From Eledone cirrhosa (Eukaryota): a stretch of DNA of 64,000 nt. Both the position numbers and the translations under genes were made by a program. Under the pieces are notes generated by a model. The model saw only the letters and a list, made by a program, of their open reading frames with translations. It had not been told where the DNA came from and made no database searches. Where the stretch lies: contig OZ024742.1 of the NCBI GenBank assembly GCA_964016885.1, positions 206,522,001 through 206,586,000 of the forward strand, written 5' to 3'. Below are positions 1 to 14,003 of this stretch, in pieces (within the stretch, counting starts at the first letter, position 1; each line of letters opens with the position of its first letter).

Positions 1-904
1 TTGTGGGAGAAAAAAGGAAAGCAACACAACTTGTGGTACAGAGTAGAAAGTCTAGTTGATATATATATAGAAGTATGAATCATTTGAGAGCTTTCTGCTC
101 TGATGTGATGGAAACGCAAGTGAGTGGTAACATTGGTAGATGGCAGCAGAATCAACAATAGCAGGAAAACCAAAACACAACTGGTCACAATTCTTAGAAT
201 TATTAAGAGACTCACTTCATTCCTAGAGCCAGGAGGTGACAACCAGGAAGCTGACCATGAAGTACTGCTAGCACATCTTTACAAAATTATATGGAGCAAA
301 TGGATAATAAATAAGTATGAGAATAAATAAATAAAATGTCTTGGTAACTTATATAACATCTTTGACACTTTTCTCATATAAATACATTTCATTTTATCCC
401 CTCAGATATTCTAACAATATTCTATATGTACTGTATACATTTTATAATGTTGCACAATCTCATTGTCTTTTACGAAAATTAATGGGTTTTTAATATCAAA
501 CTACGATTGTTGATCAATCTCATTCTCTTCCTCTATGAAAATTAATTGGTTTATGTGTTCCACAATCTCATTGTCTTTCTTTACAAAAATTAATGGGTTT
601 TATATGTATTTCAATCAGAAGTCATTATTATTATTGTAAATTACGATTCTTGTTCTGGTTGTTGTACTTATAGTTAGTGTAGTTAAACATATTGTTTTTT
701 CTGTCAATTTTATATTTCCCAATATCTTGAGCATTTGTGACCAATAAAACAAATTACTATGATATTCCATTGAGAAGAGCACACATTTAACTCCTTTCCT
801 TTTTATATGGTAATAATAGTGTGATAGTAGTAGTAATATTGATTGTAGTAGAAGTTGTTCTTATAGTATACTTCTTGAGAATTCCCATGTTTTATTATTA
901 TATA

Positions 905-1723
<819 letters not shown>

Positions 1724-1726
1724 TAT

Positions 1727-2061
1727 TTGTTTCTACTTTTGGCACAAGACCAGTAATTATCCCAGGGTATTACTGGTACTTTATTGTATCGACCTTGTAA
1801 GGATGAAAGGCAAAATTAGCCTCGGCAGGATTTGAACTCAGACCATAAAGGGCCATAACTATTTGCTGGGTGGTGAATTGGCAGTATTGGTAGAGGCTTG
1901 GACGCCATGCTTTCCAACATAGAGTTATGTCCCTCTACGGCCTGAGTTCAAATCCTGCCAAAGTTAACTTTGCCTTTCATCCTTACGGAGTCGATAAAAT
2001 AAAGCACCAGTAATGAACAGGGATAATTACTGGCCTTGTGCCAAATGTAGAAACAATTATT
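1727..2061. mobile_element. Two head-to-head copies of tRNA-derived SINE family A (1727-1860 minus, 5' truncated; 1868-2061 plus)
   Basis: A-box TGGCAGTATTGG, B-box GAGTTCAAATCC, central GCCTTTCATCCTTACGG(G/A)GTCGATAAAATAAAG, tail GTAGAAACAATT(ATT)n; about 16 copies in the window. Confidence 0.9.
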
Positions 2062-2215
2062 ATATATTATTGACCAGCATTAGAACCAATGTCTCCATGA
2101 TGAGAAATATAAAATATATCTTTGTCTGTTTGTATGTATGCGTGTGTATGTTTGTATATATATATATATATACCAAGATATTAACAAATGGAAACTATAT
2201 TTATAAAACCATATT

Positions 2216-2280
2216 TATTTCATTATACATATTTCAAGGACACCAAGTTAAATTATGGTGTGCTTTCATCAGATAAAATA
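2216..2280 (-). ncRNA. Type I hammerhead ribozyme (inverted copy of 2382-2446)
   Basis: Reverse complement of the motif at 2382-2446 within a ~125-bp inverted repeat. Confidence 0.8.
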
Positions 2281-2381
2281 TAATATAGATAAGTTTTATA
2301 AATAAATATTGACATACCCTTAAAAAATGCAACCATTACTTATTTATAAAACTTATCTATTTATAAAACTTATCTATATTA

Positions 2382-2446
2382 TATTTTATCTGATGAAAGC
2401 ACACCATAATTTAACTTGGTGTCCTTGAAATATGTATAATGAAATA
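2382..2446 (+). ncRNA. Type I hammerhead ribozyme
   Basis: TATTTTAT-CTGATGA-aag..acacca/tggtgt..ctt-GAAA-TATGTA-TA-ATGAAATA; 8-bp stem I, near-palindromic stem III, AUA site. Confidence 0.82.
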
Positions 2447-2485
2447 AATATGGTTTTATAAATATAGTTTCCATTTGTTAATATC

Positions 2486-2549
<64 letters not shown>

Positions 2550-2962
2550 ATATGTATATATATATATATGATTATGTCATTTATTTTGTCTGACCTGTTT
2601 AGCTTGACTTCTTTTTTGGCTTAGGTGGTTAATGGCTTCTTGACCGCATTCTCAGTTTGTATGGCGTGTATAACCTATGTTTATAGCTCTGGGTTTTTAG
2701 CCATTGGAGCGCTTGCCAGCATGACTCTGAATTTGCATTACGTTTTGCTTTTTGTACCCTCCAAAATGCGATTCTCGCTGAATTTATATTTATATATATA
2801 TATATAGAGAGAGAGATTTTGAGTTTATGTTGGTTGTATACCAACACCTCAGTATGCAGGCTGGAGCACTCGACGAAGTGCGCAGGTTGGTTTGGTTACT
2901 CCGGAGTAGTGTAAAATAAAGTTAAATAAAAGTCAAATGATTAAAATTTAGCTTCGTTTATT

Positions 2963-3017
2963 ACTGCTATATATATTTCAGTGACAGCCATCTTTGGCTG
3001 TGACTTCTTCAGGCAGT
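2963..3017 (-). ncRNA. Type I hammerhead ribozyme
   Basis: ACTGC-CTGAAGA-agtcacagcca aaga tggctgtcact-GAAA-TATATA-TA-GCAGT; same family at 27181 and 61864. Confidence 0.88.
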
Positions 3018-5286
3018 TTGAATTAGTATGGTATAGACAAGTACATATGTTGTTTAGGTGTATGATATTGTCAATACTCTGATATGCCCTGTTCCTTGTT
3101 GGGTTGTTAATTCACTGGGGAACTGGAGTCATATATATATATATATATGTGTGTGTGTGAGTACATATACATACACAACACATCTATTCCTATCTCTCTC
3201 TCTCTCTCTCTCTCTCTTTATATATATGAGTGTATGTGAGTGCATGTTGTGTATAAGCAACCAAAATATACAATAGTTATACTTGTATATATACAGTATA
3301 GAGGTAACTGTGACTGCATATATATGCATATAAATTTACACATTTTTATTATATATATATATGTGTGTATGTACGCGGACAAGACAAGTTATTTAAATTT
3401 TTGTTCTTAGTCTTTTGGGTAAAAGAAGACAAGGAAAGGGAGAACTAGAAGGAAAGAGAAAGGGAGAGAGAACAAAAATAGATGTGAGGTTATTGAGTGC
3501 AGAAATTTCTATTTTTTCACATCTCTCACTGTTACTGTAAAAAGAGCATGGTTTTTTTGAAGAGTGGGTGGACTAACTGAACAAGGAAACCATGATAAAA
3601 GAACATAAAAATATGATTTTTCTAAAATGCTTCCCATGTTTACCCTCCTTCTTTACAACTTTATATATTTACATATTTAATCAGTTTTCATGGTTGCATG
3701 TGTGTGTGTGTGCGTGTGCGCGCGCGCGCGCGTGCATGTGTATGTGTGTGTGTATGTGTCTGCTTGCCTCTTTGTTCCTCAGAGTCATGAGACACATGTT
3801 CAATATCACTATGTGACATTGGACAATTATTGTTTATCAACTTCTCACGACAACTCTAGCATTGTGATTGAAATTAGGAAAATAGAAATATTAAGTGATG
3901 ATGATTTCTATCAGAGGGAATCATCATCATCATCATCATCATCATCCTTTCCCTGCTAGCAAGAGTTGAATGGGTCGACATAGACCAAGTCAGTATTCAA
4001 GTGGGACCACTGACCTCCCAAATAAGCTGGAGGTCTGCAAATTGCTTCCGTACACTCTCACATTCTCCCGAGTGTACAGGAGAGGCTGTCATGTCTTTGA
4101 CACAATTAAAGGGTCCTTCTAACCCTTTGTTTGACAGGCTTTCTACAGCTAGATGCCCTTCCTATCACCAACCACTTTACAGCATATACTTGGTGTGTTT
4201 ATCATGTCGATCACCAACACTAGGGGGGTTCCATGTTCTATTAGGACTGAAGGGTCCTCCCAAACTTTTATTTTTACAAACTTTCTACAACTGGATGTCC
4301 TTCCTATCACCAACCACTTTACAGCATGTACAGGATTATATATGTAATTGAAAGGTTGAGCCTTACAGTACACTGTGTCATGTTGATTCTGTCTGAGGAT
4401 TACCTTAAGGATACAAGTATCTGTGGAATACTCAACCACTTATGCTATAAGTCAGTTGGTATTTCAGTTGAATGAACAACTAGAATACTCATCATCGAGA
4501 TCCATTTATTGTATGATTAGCATTGTCATCATCATCATATTTCTTCCCCTTTCATTGCTGGTATGGGTTGGATAGGTTATCACGGTCCCAGTCAGTATTT
4601 ATTCAGAGTTACTCCACTTCTTGACAAGTTGGAAGATCAGGTCTTGCTTGTGCACTCCAATTTTTGGCATGGTTTCTACAGCTGGATGCCCTTCATAACA
4701 CCATCCACTTAACAGATTGTACCGATTGCATCTTATTTTAGTATAAACAATGGAAAGGTTGTCATACGCTCGATCTGACTAAAAAGCTCTCTCTAGCATT
4801 CATTGTCTCTGATCTCCGACACTTGAGAGGTTGTCTTGCTTCCTACATGGCAAAAGAGTCTTTTCAACACTATATCATTATTTTTTCAAAGCAAAAATGT
4901 CTAAGAACATAATAATAGCGAAGATGTTAAATTGTTATCTTCTAAAATAATGTCTATCCATCCTGTCTGCTGGGACCTTGAGGTGGAATAATCCTTAAGC
5001 AATAGTAGTAAATACAGATTTCACACACAGAGTAAAAAATGATATTAGTTTTAAAGTAGGAATGTATTTCACTTATATCCATATCAAGTTGAAAGCAATG
5101 GTTCTCATTGAATCACCAATTAATTAACATGGAGCCTAGTTTGTAGGTAAAAACAAGAATAAAAAGACTATGAATATGAATGTGAAAGGAGAACAGTGAT
5201 AAGAGGGTAAGGGGAGTGGGAATGATAGTTACATGCTGGTTGTTGGCAGGAGATTAAATACGTGTTTCATTATAATCTTCTAGTGT

Positions 5287-5611
5287 CAGGCACACGGCTT
5301 AGTGGTTAGAGCAAAGGTTGTGAGTTCAATTCTCAGACCGGGTGATGTGTTGTTTCCTTGAGCAAGACACTTTATTTCACATTGTTCCAGTTTACTCAGC
5401 TGTAGAAATGAGATGATAAGGACTGGGGTCCCTATCATTCCACTGCAAAGTGGTCGTGTAGGTGCCACGACAAAAAGCACCCAGCACTCACTGTAAATGA
5501 GGTTGGTGTTAGGAAGGGCATCCAGCTGTAGAAATCAATCCAGAATCAGTTCCCGTCCCACCCTTGCAAGCAGGGAAAAAGAAGACGTAAAATGAAATGA
5601 TGATGATGATG
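5287..5611 (+). mobile_element. tRNA-derived CORE-type SINE family B
   Basis: Head GGCTTAGTGGTTAGAGC..GAGTTCAATTC, CORE-like CCTTGAGCAAGACACTTTATTTCAC, tail GGAAGGGCATCCAGCTGTAGAAA..(ATG)n; near-identical copy at 37306. Confidence 0.85.
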
Positions 5612-6228
5612 TCAAGACTACCATTTCAATACATTCATTACTACTGTTGAGCCATCAAACAAGACAGAATCTCTATAGAGTTGTTTGAGCAGCTAGAAAT
5701 AATAGCCAAATCTCCCTTAAATTACACTTTACCATTTGAAACAAAAAGTCTCATTAGATAGTATCCATTAGATCTGCGATGATTACAGATTGGATGTCTT
5801 TTATCTTAGATCTACTAGACAGTAACAATCACCACACCAATATTAACACCACCGACACCACCTCTGTTTCTCTACATGATTATCTGACCTATTAGAGGTA
5901 GTAATTCAATCTCCCTCAAATAACCCCTTATTATCTCAAATATGGAAGGACATATTTGATAATGGCTGCTTGATCTATTAAAAGTAGTACTTAAATCTGC
6001 CTCAAATGACAGCCTACCATTTCAAATATGGAAGAACATATTCGATCATATAGACTTAAATATTCTTAAAAATAAAAGAGGACAGTTATGGCTGCAATGC
6101 CTATGATCACACTTCTGCTCAATTAAAACTGAGAAAAATGCTGTAATTTGGTGAGGATGATCTTAAAATATGTAGAAAAAAAACAAAACATTGGACAATG
6201 TATTGCACAATGTAAATCAGTTCTTTTG

Positions 6229-6640
6229 GCATGTCATGCTGAACAATATCATCAGAAGAAGACTTGATACGTCTGGTTTCCCATCACAGCTGGAGCCTGC
6301 TGGCCTCATCTATTATGATGGCAAGTGCCCAGATGGTATAACTCTTCCCATTCAAGGGCGGTAAATCTCTATTCTGGGATTCACATGTTTTGAAATGTTT
6401 CCTGCCTCAAAACTTGTTGTTTCAGTAACAAATCCAAGTACTACTGCCTCTAACATTGAGGAAAGAAAGGCCAAATACTGAGACTTGCCTGAATGCTTCA
6501 TGTGTGTACTAGTTGCTGTGAAAACCTCTGGCATCATCAATTCTAGAATTGCTATTTTCCTCTGCAAAATTGGAAGGAGTGCACTCTGCCTCAGGAGCCC
6601 CATGAGGTGGATCAGCTAATGCAGGAGGTACCTCTGGCTG
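6229..6640 (+). pseudogene. Decayed restriction-like endonuclease region of a CRE-type non-LTR retrotransposon
   Basis: Frameshifted translation HVMLNNIIRRRLDTSGFPSQLEPAGL..DGKCPDGIT..PFKGGKSLFWD..EERKAKY..VAVKTSG fits the PD..D/ExK REL pattern. Confidence 0.65.
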
Positions 6641-7662
6641 TTCTCTGCATCAACCTTTGTCATTTTGGCCATGGGGCACAGCTGAATTATCGGACCTAGA
6701 CAGAGATGTTGAGTCTGCCTATCCTGCACCCTTTTACTATTCAATTTCTTTCTCTTTTTTCTTTTTCCATTGCAAACATTATATAATTTAATCGAAATGT
6801 GTTGAATCATTTTTTATTAGTTTAGAAAATGTAATCCTTTATAACTGGAGGGTGGAGGTGGTGGTGGTTATTGATGAACTATTTTTTTTATTATAAACCT
6901 AGACATTAAGAACAACGTTAAAACTGACAGGACATGTACCATGCTTATGGTGTGATTACTTGGGGCTAAACAAGAAGCACCATTACTACTACCATTAACA
7001 CCTTTCCTTATCAGCTCAGGATTCCAACAAGCAAGATCTGTACCATCTCTGTCACCCCACCCCAACAGCCCCACCCCTCCCATCAACACTGTTTCTCTGT
7101 AAACACCCCCACTACCACCACCAGACCATCTACAATCACTATTGTTGAATATATGTCCCAGTTTCCATTGCCAAACCTAAATTGGCTAAGCTGATCAGCT
7201 TTAAAAGCTAATATCCCAGCTGTCACTAACATTGGAGATAAAGCTTCTCCCTCACCTCTAACCCCAGTTACCTCACAATGTGACATTCCTGGATCAGTCA
7301 TCACTACAATCATATTTCTCTTGTTAATAGATAACAATAGGAAACACTTCATCATCACTATGTTTATATGTACACACACAAATCGCATATAAATATGTCT
7401 ATACACACCTATATGCATAGGCATATATATATAAGATTTAATATAGAAATGGCTTCTACACACACACATTTTATATATGTGTGTATATATATATATATAA
7501 GGACTAAAACTGTTTCATTCAAAAGAAATCATTAGGAAAGCTTTCTTTCTTGATAATTTCTTTGAATGAAACAGTTCTTATCATGTAGAAGCCATTTCTA
7601 TATTAAACTTGATATATATACATATATATAATAAAAAGCACGATATGTTATGTCTTCATTAC

Positions 7663-7745
7663 ATTTATTGAGTAGTGACACGTGTTTCGCTATTGATCAG
7701 CTCAAGGTTGGATCAATAGCGAAATACGCGTCACAACTCAATAAA
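7663..7745. repeat. Fold-back palindrome of a hammerhead 3' half
   Basis: Arms TTTATTGAG..GTGACACGTGTTTCGCTATTGATC / GATCAATAGCGAAATACGCGTCAC..CTCAATAAA; carries GAAA-CACGTG-TC but no paired core. Confidence 0.65.
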
Positions 7746-7878
7746 CAAAATGAAGGCATAACATATCGTCCTTTTTATTATTATTACACTCAGCTTTGTT
7801 CGACACCTCTATACTTACTGGAAACTACTCATTGAGTGCTCACTCTGTTGAACGTACAGTAACTGGATGTTACAGTCG

Positions 7879-7919
<41 letters not shown>

Positions 7920-8053
7920 GAAAGTGAGGGTTTTTTACAAAATGAAAAATAACCGAGGTGTCCTTCACGAGTGAAAGTATAAGGAAAAAAGATGAAATCG
8001 AAAATGCAACTGGAGTCTTATTTAAAAAAAAATATATATATATTTATTTGGTT

Positions 8054-8090
8054 CCTTTACCGGTTTCGCAGTTCTTCTGCTTTTCCAAAG
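8054..8090 (-). ncRNA. Hammerhead motif in inverted pLTR (U3-A8 family, mutated U4)
   Basis: CTT-TGGAAAA-GCAG aagaa CTGC-GAAA-CCGG-TA-AAG. Confidence 0.6.
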
Positions 8091-8649
8091 TAGAGTTGAG
8101 ATGGAGGGTCTGTGGTTTTTCTCACATCAGGTTGGTCTTTGAATGTTACTTGTTTTATATAGAAAAAAGTGGCTCGAAACGCCAGGTTTTAGAGAAGTGA
8201 TTTGGTTGGTTGGTGAATAAGTATAATAAATTTCGCGCCAGTTCGCGTTACAAATGTCTTCAAACAAGGGGGGGGGGGGGCTCAGGTTGTTTTTTTCATA
8301 TATGAGTGAAGTTTGGTTGGTTGATGCAGTCACGTGAATAAGCACATCAGCTTTCGCGCCAACTTGTTTGAATTTCTTTTTACTTAAAAAAAGTGGCCCA
8401 CGAAGGCTTTTTTTTTTAATAAATGTAATTTGATTGGTTATAAATGAAATTATGACTGTCACGCGAACAAGTTCCTTAAATTGTGTGCCCGTATTTGGGA
8501 ATTTGTTTTGTAGCCTTTTAGAGAATTTTATGACAAACAAAAGATAATGGTCAAGAGAAATGGAATGGGGAAAGTTGTTCTGTTTTCAATGAATATGGCA
8601 GGTTGTTTTTTCATTTATGAGTGAAGTTTGGTTGGTTGATGCAGTCACG

Positions 8650-11600
8650 TGAGAAACATTTTAAATAGAAATAGAACTGTTGCGGTTAAGAGCCAACTCC
8701 AACGAAGAAAAATTAAAGTCACTCGACCAACAGATGGAAACAGAAATCTCAAGGCACTCTGAAGGCCTACTCTATGAAAAAACCTTAAAACTTTGGAAAG
8801 AAAATTGTGAGGATGAAGAACTAACATCCCTCCATCGATGGGAAAAAAACGCCACCTGGTTCAACAACTACGAAATGGGTTTAAAAAATGAACAACATAC
8901 AGGTAACCCATTTTAAAAACAAACTAACACACCACATGCACAACAAATAACAAAAAAAGTAACAAAACGTCCAACATACCCCCAGCAAAACTATGACAAT
9001 AACCCAGAACCCATAGATAAAACTATAACCCTACTAACAAAAACCGAAGATCCCCCAACACAAGACAGAACCCGATCCGCAGATCACAACCCACACAAAA
9101 CCTATTCCAAAAACCGTAGACTCCTGCCCACACAGAACCTGTTCCAAAATCGTGGATCCCAAACCACACAAAGGAACAAAATCTACAACCCGGACTGTCA
9201 ATAAACCGAACCTCAGTACGTCCGAAACTTCTATACAAGATCACACAACAACAGGGGAAATGCCATTAGATATAATAATTGTTTCTACTTTAGGCACAAG
9301 GCCAGCAATTACCCAGTGCATTACTGGTACTTTATTTTATCGACCCCGTAGGGATGAAAGGCAAAGTCAACCTCGGCGGGATTTGAACTCAGATCGTAAA
9401 GGGACGTAACTATGCTGGAAAGCATGGCGTCCGACCCTCTACCGATACTGCCAATCCACCGGATATAATAATACCATTGAAAAAACATTCCAAAAATCAT
9501 TTTTTTAGACCAAGGCTACAGGACCCACGACACCCGATGGCACAAACTGATTTGGAAAACCCGAAAATAATCAACCTTTCAAATACAAACCTCTCAGCCC
9601 AACAAGTTAAAATTCTCTCCAAAGGACTGAAATTCACACCAACACCACAATATTCTAACCTCAATGAGATAAATGACGATATCTCACACTTCTGTAGAAA
9701 ATTACGTCTCACAGAGGAATTTTTTGACAAGGAAAATAACGACCAATCAATTGTACGGAATAAAAGCAGCTACAACCCAACAAAAGGTAGAAACAGAGTT
9801 CTGGACAAATTTTGTGATCACATAGCTACTTTCCCATACCATGAACTACCGCAACCTAAGCCCAAACCAAACACGAGTCGAAGGGAATGGGAGATTACCC
9901 ATGAACTAAAAAACAATACGGACATTATAATTAAGGAAACGGACAAGGGGAGTACTGTTGTCATTATGGATGCTGAAAAATATAAAAATTCTATGTTCTC
10001 TCTCTTACAAAATACTAATTACTATGAAAGAGTAAAAAACTACCAACAATCAAAAACGATGACCAGATTAAACACACTGATTTGTCGATACCAGGAAGAC
10101 TTAACTAAAAAGGAACGCGATTATTTAACATATTTTGAATACAAAACCAGAAACCTTTACGGACTTCCGAAGATCCACAAGTGTAAAATAATTAACGATG
10201 CCTGTAAACAATCCACCTCAGCATGCGTGAACACATAATACCCCACAGACCTTAAATTAGGACCAATTGTAGCGGGCCCACAATGTGAAACACACAGACT
10301 GCGCAACTTTATAGACATACTACTAAAACCAATTCTAAAACACATACCAAGCCTTGTAAGAGACGATCTGGACCTCTTAAACCACCTCCCCAAACATGTC
10401 AACAACGACACTATTATTGTGTCTTTCGATATAGTGAATCTTTACACAACGATCCCACACCAATACAGACTAGAAGCAATAGGATTCTGGCTAGAGAAAT
10501 ATTCCAATGAGATACCTGGTAGAATAGAAAAAAGCTTCATCACCGAGGGATTAAAATTTATCTTACAGGACAACTTTTTTGATTTCGATGGCAGTACTTA
10601 CAAGCAAATATCGGGGACTGCGATGGGTACAAAAGCCGCTCCAACTTATGGCAACTTAGTCATGGCATACCTAGAAGTCTAGATATATGAACAGTCCAAA
10701 TCAAAATACGGATTGAACTTCCACAAATATTTATCAGAGAATTGGAAACGCTACTTGGATGATTGTCTCATTCTTTGGTCCCACACACTCGACCAACTGA
10801 ATGATTTCAAAAAATTAATTAACGGCATCAATAACCACATCCAATTCACAATGGAATACAGTCAAGATCAACTCCCATTTCTGGACATCTTAATCTTAAA
10901 AAAAGCCACAAATATTGAAACTGACATGCACTACAAACCAACAGATTCCAAACAATACCTACTATTCACCTCCAACCATCCAAAGCACACGAAGACGAAC
11001 ATTCCTTTTAACCTAGCAAGAAGAATTTGCACAATTGTCTCCAATTATCAAACGCGAAATAAAAGACTTCAAGAATTAAAGGAAATTCTACTCGAAAGAC
11101 AGTACCCACCATTACTAATAAATAATGGAATAGAAAGGGCTAAAGCAATAGGCATTGATGAATTACGAAAACAGAAACAAATTCAAGGTACGTCCAATAT
11201 TCTATAATATATCTCAACACACAACCCAAGAAATACGGAAGGTTACAACACTATTCACAAGAACATCCCTCTATTAAAACAAGACCCAAGAATGAAAAAA
11301 GCCCTTGAAACACAATGAATAATCAAAAGCAAAAGACAACCGAAATCACTAAAAACATTACACACCAATGCCAAATTGCCTACCACAAACCCACAACAAA
11401 CTGTCAATTGTGGCATCTGCACTCACCTCATTTCAATATACATTTCAATCAGAACAAAATTTTGCTGTAAAAAATCACTTCACTTGCTCATCAAAAAATC
11501 TAATTTATGCCATTAAATGTAAAGGATGCAATGAAGATTATATAGGACAAACTAAACTCACACCCAGAAACAGAATGACAGTTCATCGCCAACAATTACG

Positions 11601-11781
11601 AGATCCAACCACAATACAGATACCACTAAGTGCACATCTAGACATATGCGCAAGTAATAAGACACCCAAATCCCAAGTCTTCCCATTTTACCTTTGCGCT
11701 GACAATACAACAGAACAAATACGAATAAATAAGGAAAATATGTTTATTCAAAAATATAGACCAGCATTAAATATAGTTTAA
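8650..11781 (+). pseudogene. Disrupted PLE RT + GIY-YIG endonuclease ORF
   Basis: IINLS..LSKGLKFTPTP, YGLPKIHK, SFDIVNLYT, GTAMGTKAAPTY, WKRYLDD, PFLD, HPKH, NLIYAIKCKGCNEDYIGQT; several stops and frameshifts plus a SINE insertion. Confidence 0.92.
9280..9461 (-). mobile_element. SINE family A inserted in the PLE ORF
   Basis: Full copy with TSD GATATAATAAT at 9269-9279 and 9462-9472. Confidence 0.92.
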
Positions 11782-12688
11782 TATACATTATGTCAACACC
11801 ATAACATGCTAACCATCCAAGCAGACACATACACACACACATAACACCTTCTACTTTAGAAAATAAAAACCCGAACTAAATAAACCTTAACATACGTTTG
11901 CGTTGACAATACAACAGAACAAATACGAATAAATAAGGAAAATATGTTCATTCAAAAATATTTCTACTAACGGAATCCTTTTCCTACACACACAAAATAT
12001 ATATATTCTCTCCATCTTAACATACTCCCACACACACATACACATAACACCCATACACACAACTCCCTCCCCCATTTCTACTAATAGAATCATCTTCCTA
12101 TACACACACACAAAGCACACAAATAAACATACATATCTCTACTTTCTTTATTTCAATAGAAAGTTTGAATTCTGACACCCCAGTGAACCAGCCATATTCA
12201 CTGAACCAGAACAACTCTCCCCATCCCATTTCTCTTGACCATTATGTTTGTCATAAAATTCTCTAAAAGGCTACAAAATAAATTCCCAAATACGGGCGCA
12301 AAATTTAATGAACTTGTTCACGTGACAGTCATAATTTCATTTATAACCAATCAAATTATATTTATAAAATAAAAGCCTTCGTAAGCCACTTTTTTTTAAG
12401 TAAAAAGAAATTCAAACAAACTGACGCGAAAGCTGATGTGCTTATTCACGTGACTGCATCAACCAACCAAACTTCACTCATATATGAAAAAACGATTTGA
12501 GCCCCACCCCCTTTGTTTGAAGAACTTTGTAACGCGAACTGGCGCGAAATTTATTATACTTATTCACCAACCAATCAAATTACTTCTCTAAAAACCTGGC
12601 GTTTCGAGCGACTTTTTTCCATATAAAACAAGTAACATTCAGAGACCAACCAGATGTGAGAAAAACCAGAGGCTCCATCTCAACTCTA

Positions 12689-12725
12689 CTTTTGAAAAGC
12701 AGAAGAACTGCGAAACGAGTAAAGG
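12689..12725 (+). ncRNA. Hammerhead in 3' pLTR (U3-A8 core)
   Basis: CTT-TTGAAAA-GCAG aagaa CTGC-GAAA-CGAG-TA-AAG. Confidence 0.68.
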
Positions 12726-13022
12726 AACCAAATAAATATATATATTTTTTTAAAAATAAGACTCCAGTTGCATTTTCGATTTCATCCTTTTTCCTTATAT
12801 ATATATAAGAGATAACAAGATATCATTTAAGGTAATCCAACTAGATGTTATGAGTACTCTGTATCGAGGATAGTTTTAACGTTCGGCCTTGTTTGACTCA
12901 ACAAGTGGTTTCCTTAGTCGAGTGGCCGGTTTAAGAGAGTTCAAAGGCAGGCAGTTCTTAGTGCAATAATAGTAAAAGAATGAAGAATAACATGGTCGGC
13001 TGTACAATAGGGTTTATTTAAA

Positions 13023-13131
13023 GTATTAACACGTGTTTCATTAGTCCGGTGTGCCTAAAAGTCGCCGATCGTTAGAAATCACGTCACTCGACTTTAATTA
13101 CACTCAATACCTGATCAAATCATCAGAATAT
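13023..13131 (-). ncRNA. Hammerhead with 80-nt stem II
   Basis: TATT-CTGATGA-[80 nt containing AAAGTCG/CGACTTT helix]-GAAA-CACGTG-TT-AATA, followed by AATAAA. Confidence 0.7.
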
Positions 13132-13216
13132 TGATCTGTGTACATGATACAGTGCACTAGTATCTATGGTAGAATAACATAAATGTAAGCAACAATGATA
13201 AGATTAATGATAATAA

Positions 13217-13257
<41 letters not shown>

Positions 13258-13794
13258 ATGAGTGGGTAGGATCATAAAATAGTAATGGCAATAATAATAA
13301 TAACAACGTGGATAAAGTGAGGGAAGAGGTATGAAGAGATGATATGATAAGGGAGATGCTGATGAGTGTAATAAAATGGGATGTGGAGGTAGTGGCAACA
13401 TTCAAATACAGTGAGGTGAGGTGGGTTAGATAGATGAAGCAGCGGAAAATGAAATAAAAAGATAATGATAACAGACGGGTGATTAAGGTTTTCAGACATT
13501 AAGAATGTTTTCAGACATATATATTTTTTAAAACATTTGTATATAGTTACCTATAATTTTTCTAATCAGGTTCTAGAGTAAAAATAATTATATACGGCTG
13601 ATTAGAAAAATGATGGTTGCTGCTGACACGACCCACTGGAAGGAGTGTTTGAAGACTCTGCCCCACGAGGCTCTCAGGATTATGTGGGCAAAGAAGAAAA
13701 AGAAGAAAATACATATACTCTACAATACATTTGCAATGAGTATGGCTTAATTTGCAAGTCAGCAAGTGCACTGACCTGATATGGTAACATGCAT

Positions 13795-13950
13795 GAAGAC
13801 ACCTCAGAAGATAGACAGTTCAAGTGTCACATCTGTGAATGTGCCTGCAAAACAAAAGTGGGTCAGAAAAGTCACCAGCGTACACATAATTGTGCAATGT
13901 TCAATGAAGTGATGGCACTCTTCTGTCAAGTGTCAAAGCAATCAACACCA
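13795..13950 (+). pseudogene. RTE LINE 3' end (C2H2 finger)
   Basis: FKCHICECACKTKVGQKSHQRTH. Confidence 0.6.
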
Positions 13951-14003
13951 TGTATATGACTGTCACAGCAACATCATTGTCAACTTCTACAAGGGTAAAG
14001 CAG

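Larger units (their letters stand above)
7918..12800 (+). mobile_element. Penelope-like element (Neptune-like) with inverted 5' pseudo-LTR
   Basis: Left arm ~7975-8605 is the reverse complement of ~12183-12800; RT and GIY-YIG remnants lie between; TA-rich flanks. Confidence 0.9.

Noticed and set aside
124-330. ORF with PGGDNQEADHEVLLA resembling a LINE endonuclease end
   Set aside because: Too degraded to call
453-600. Three imperfect ~40-bp repeats CAATCTCATT..AAAATTAAT
   Set aside because: Ordinary degenerate local tandem duplication
9152-9409. Recurrent peptide IIVSTLGTRPAITQCITGTLFYRPR in several ORFs
   Set aside because: Antisense translation of SINE A, not a gene family
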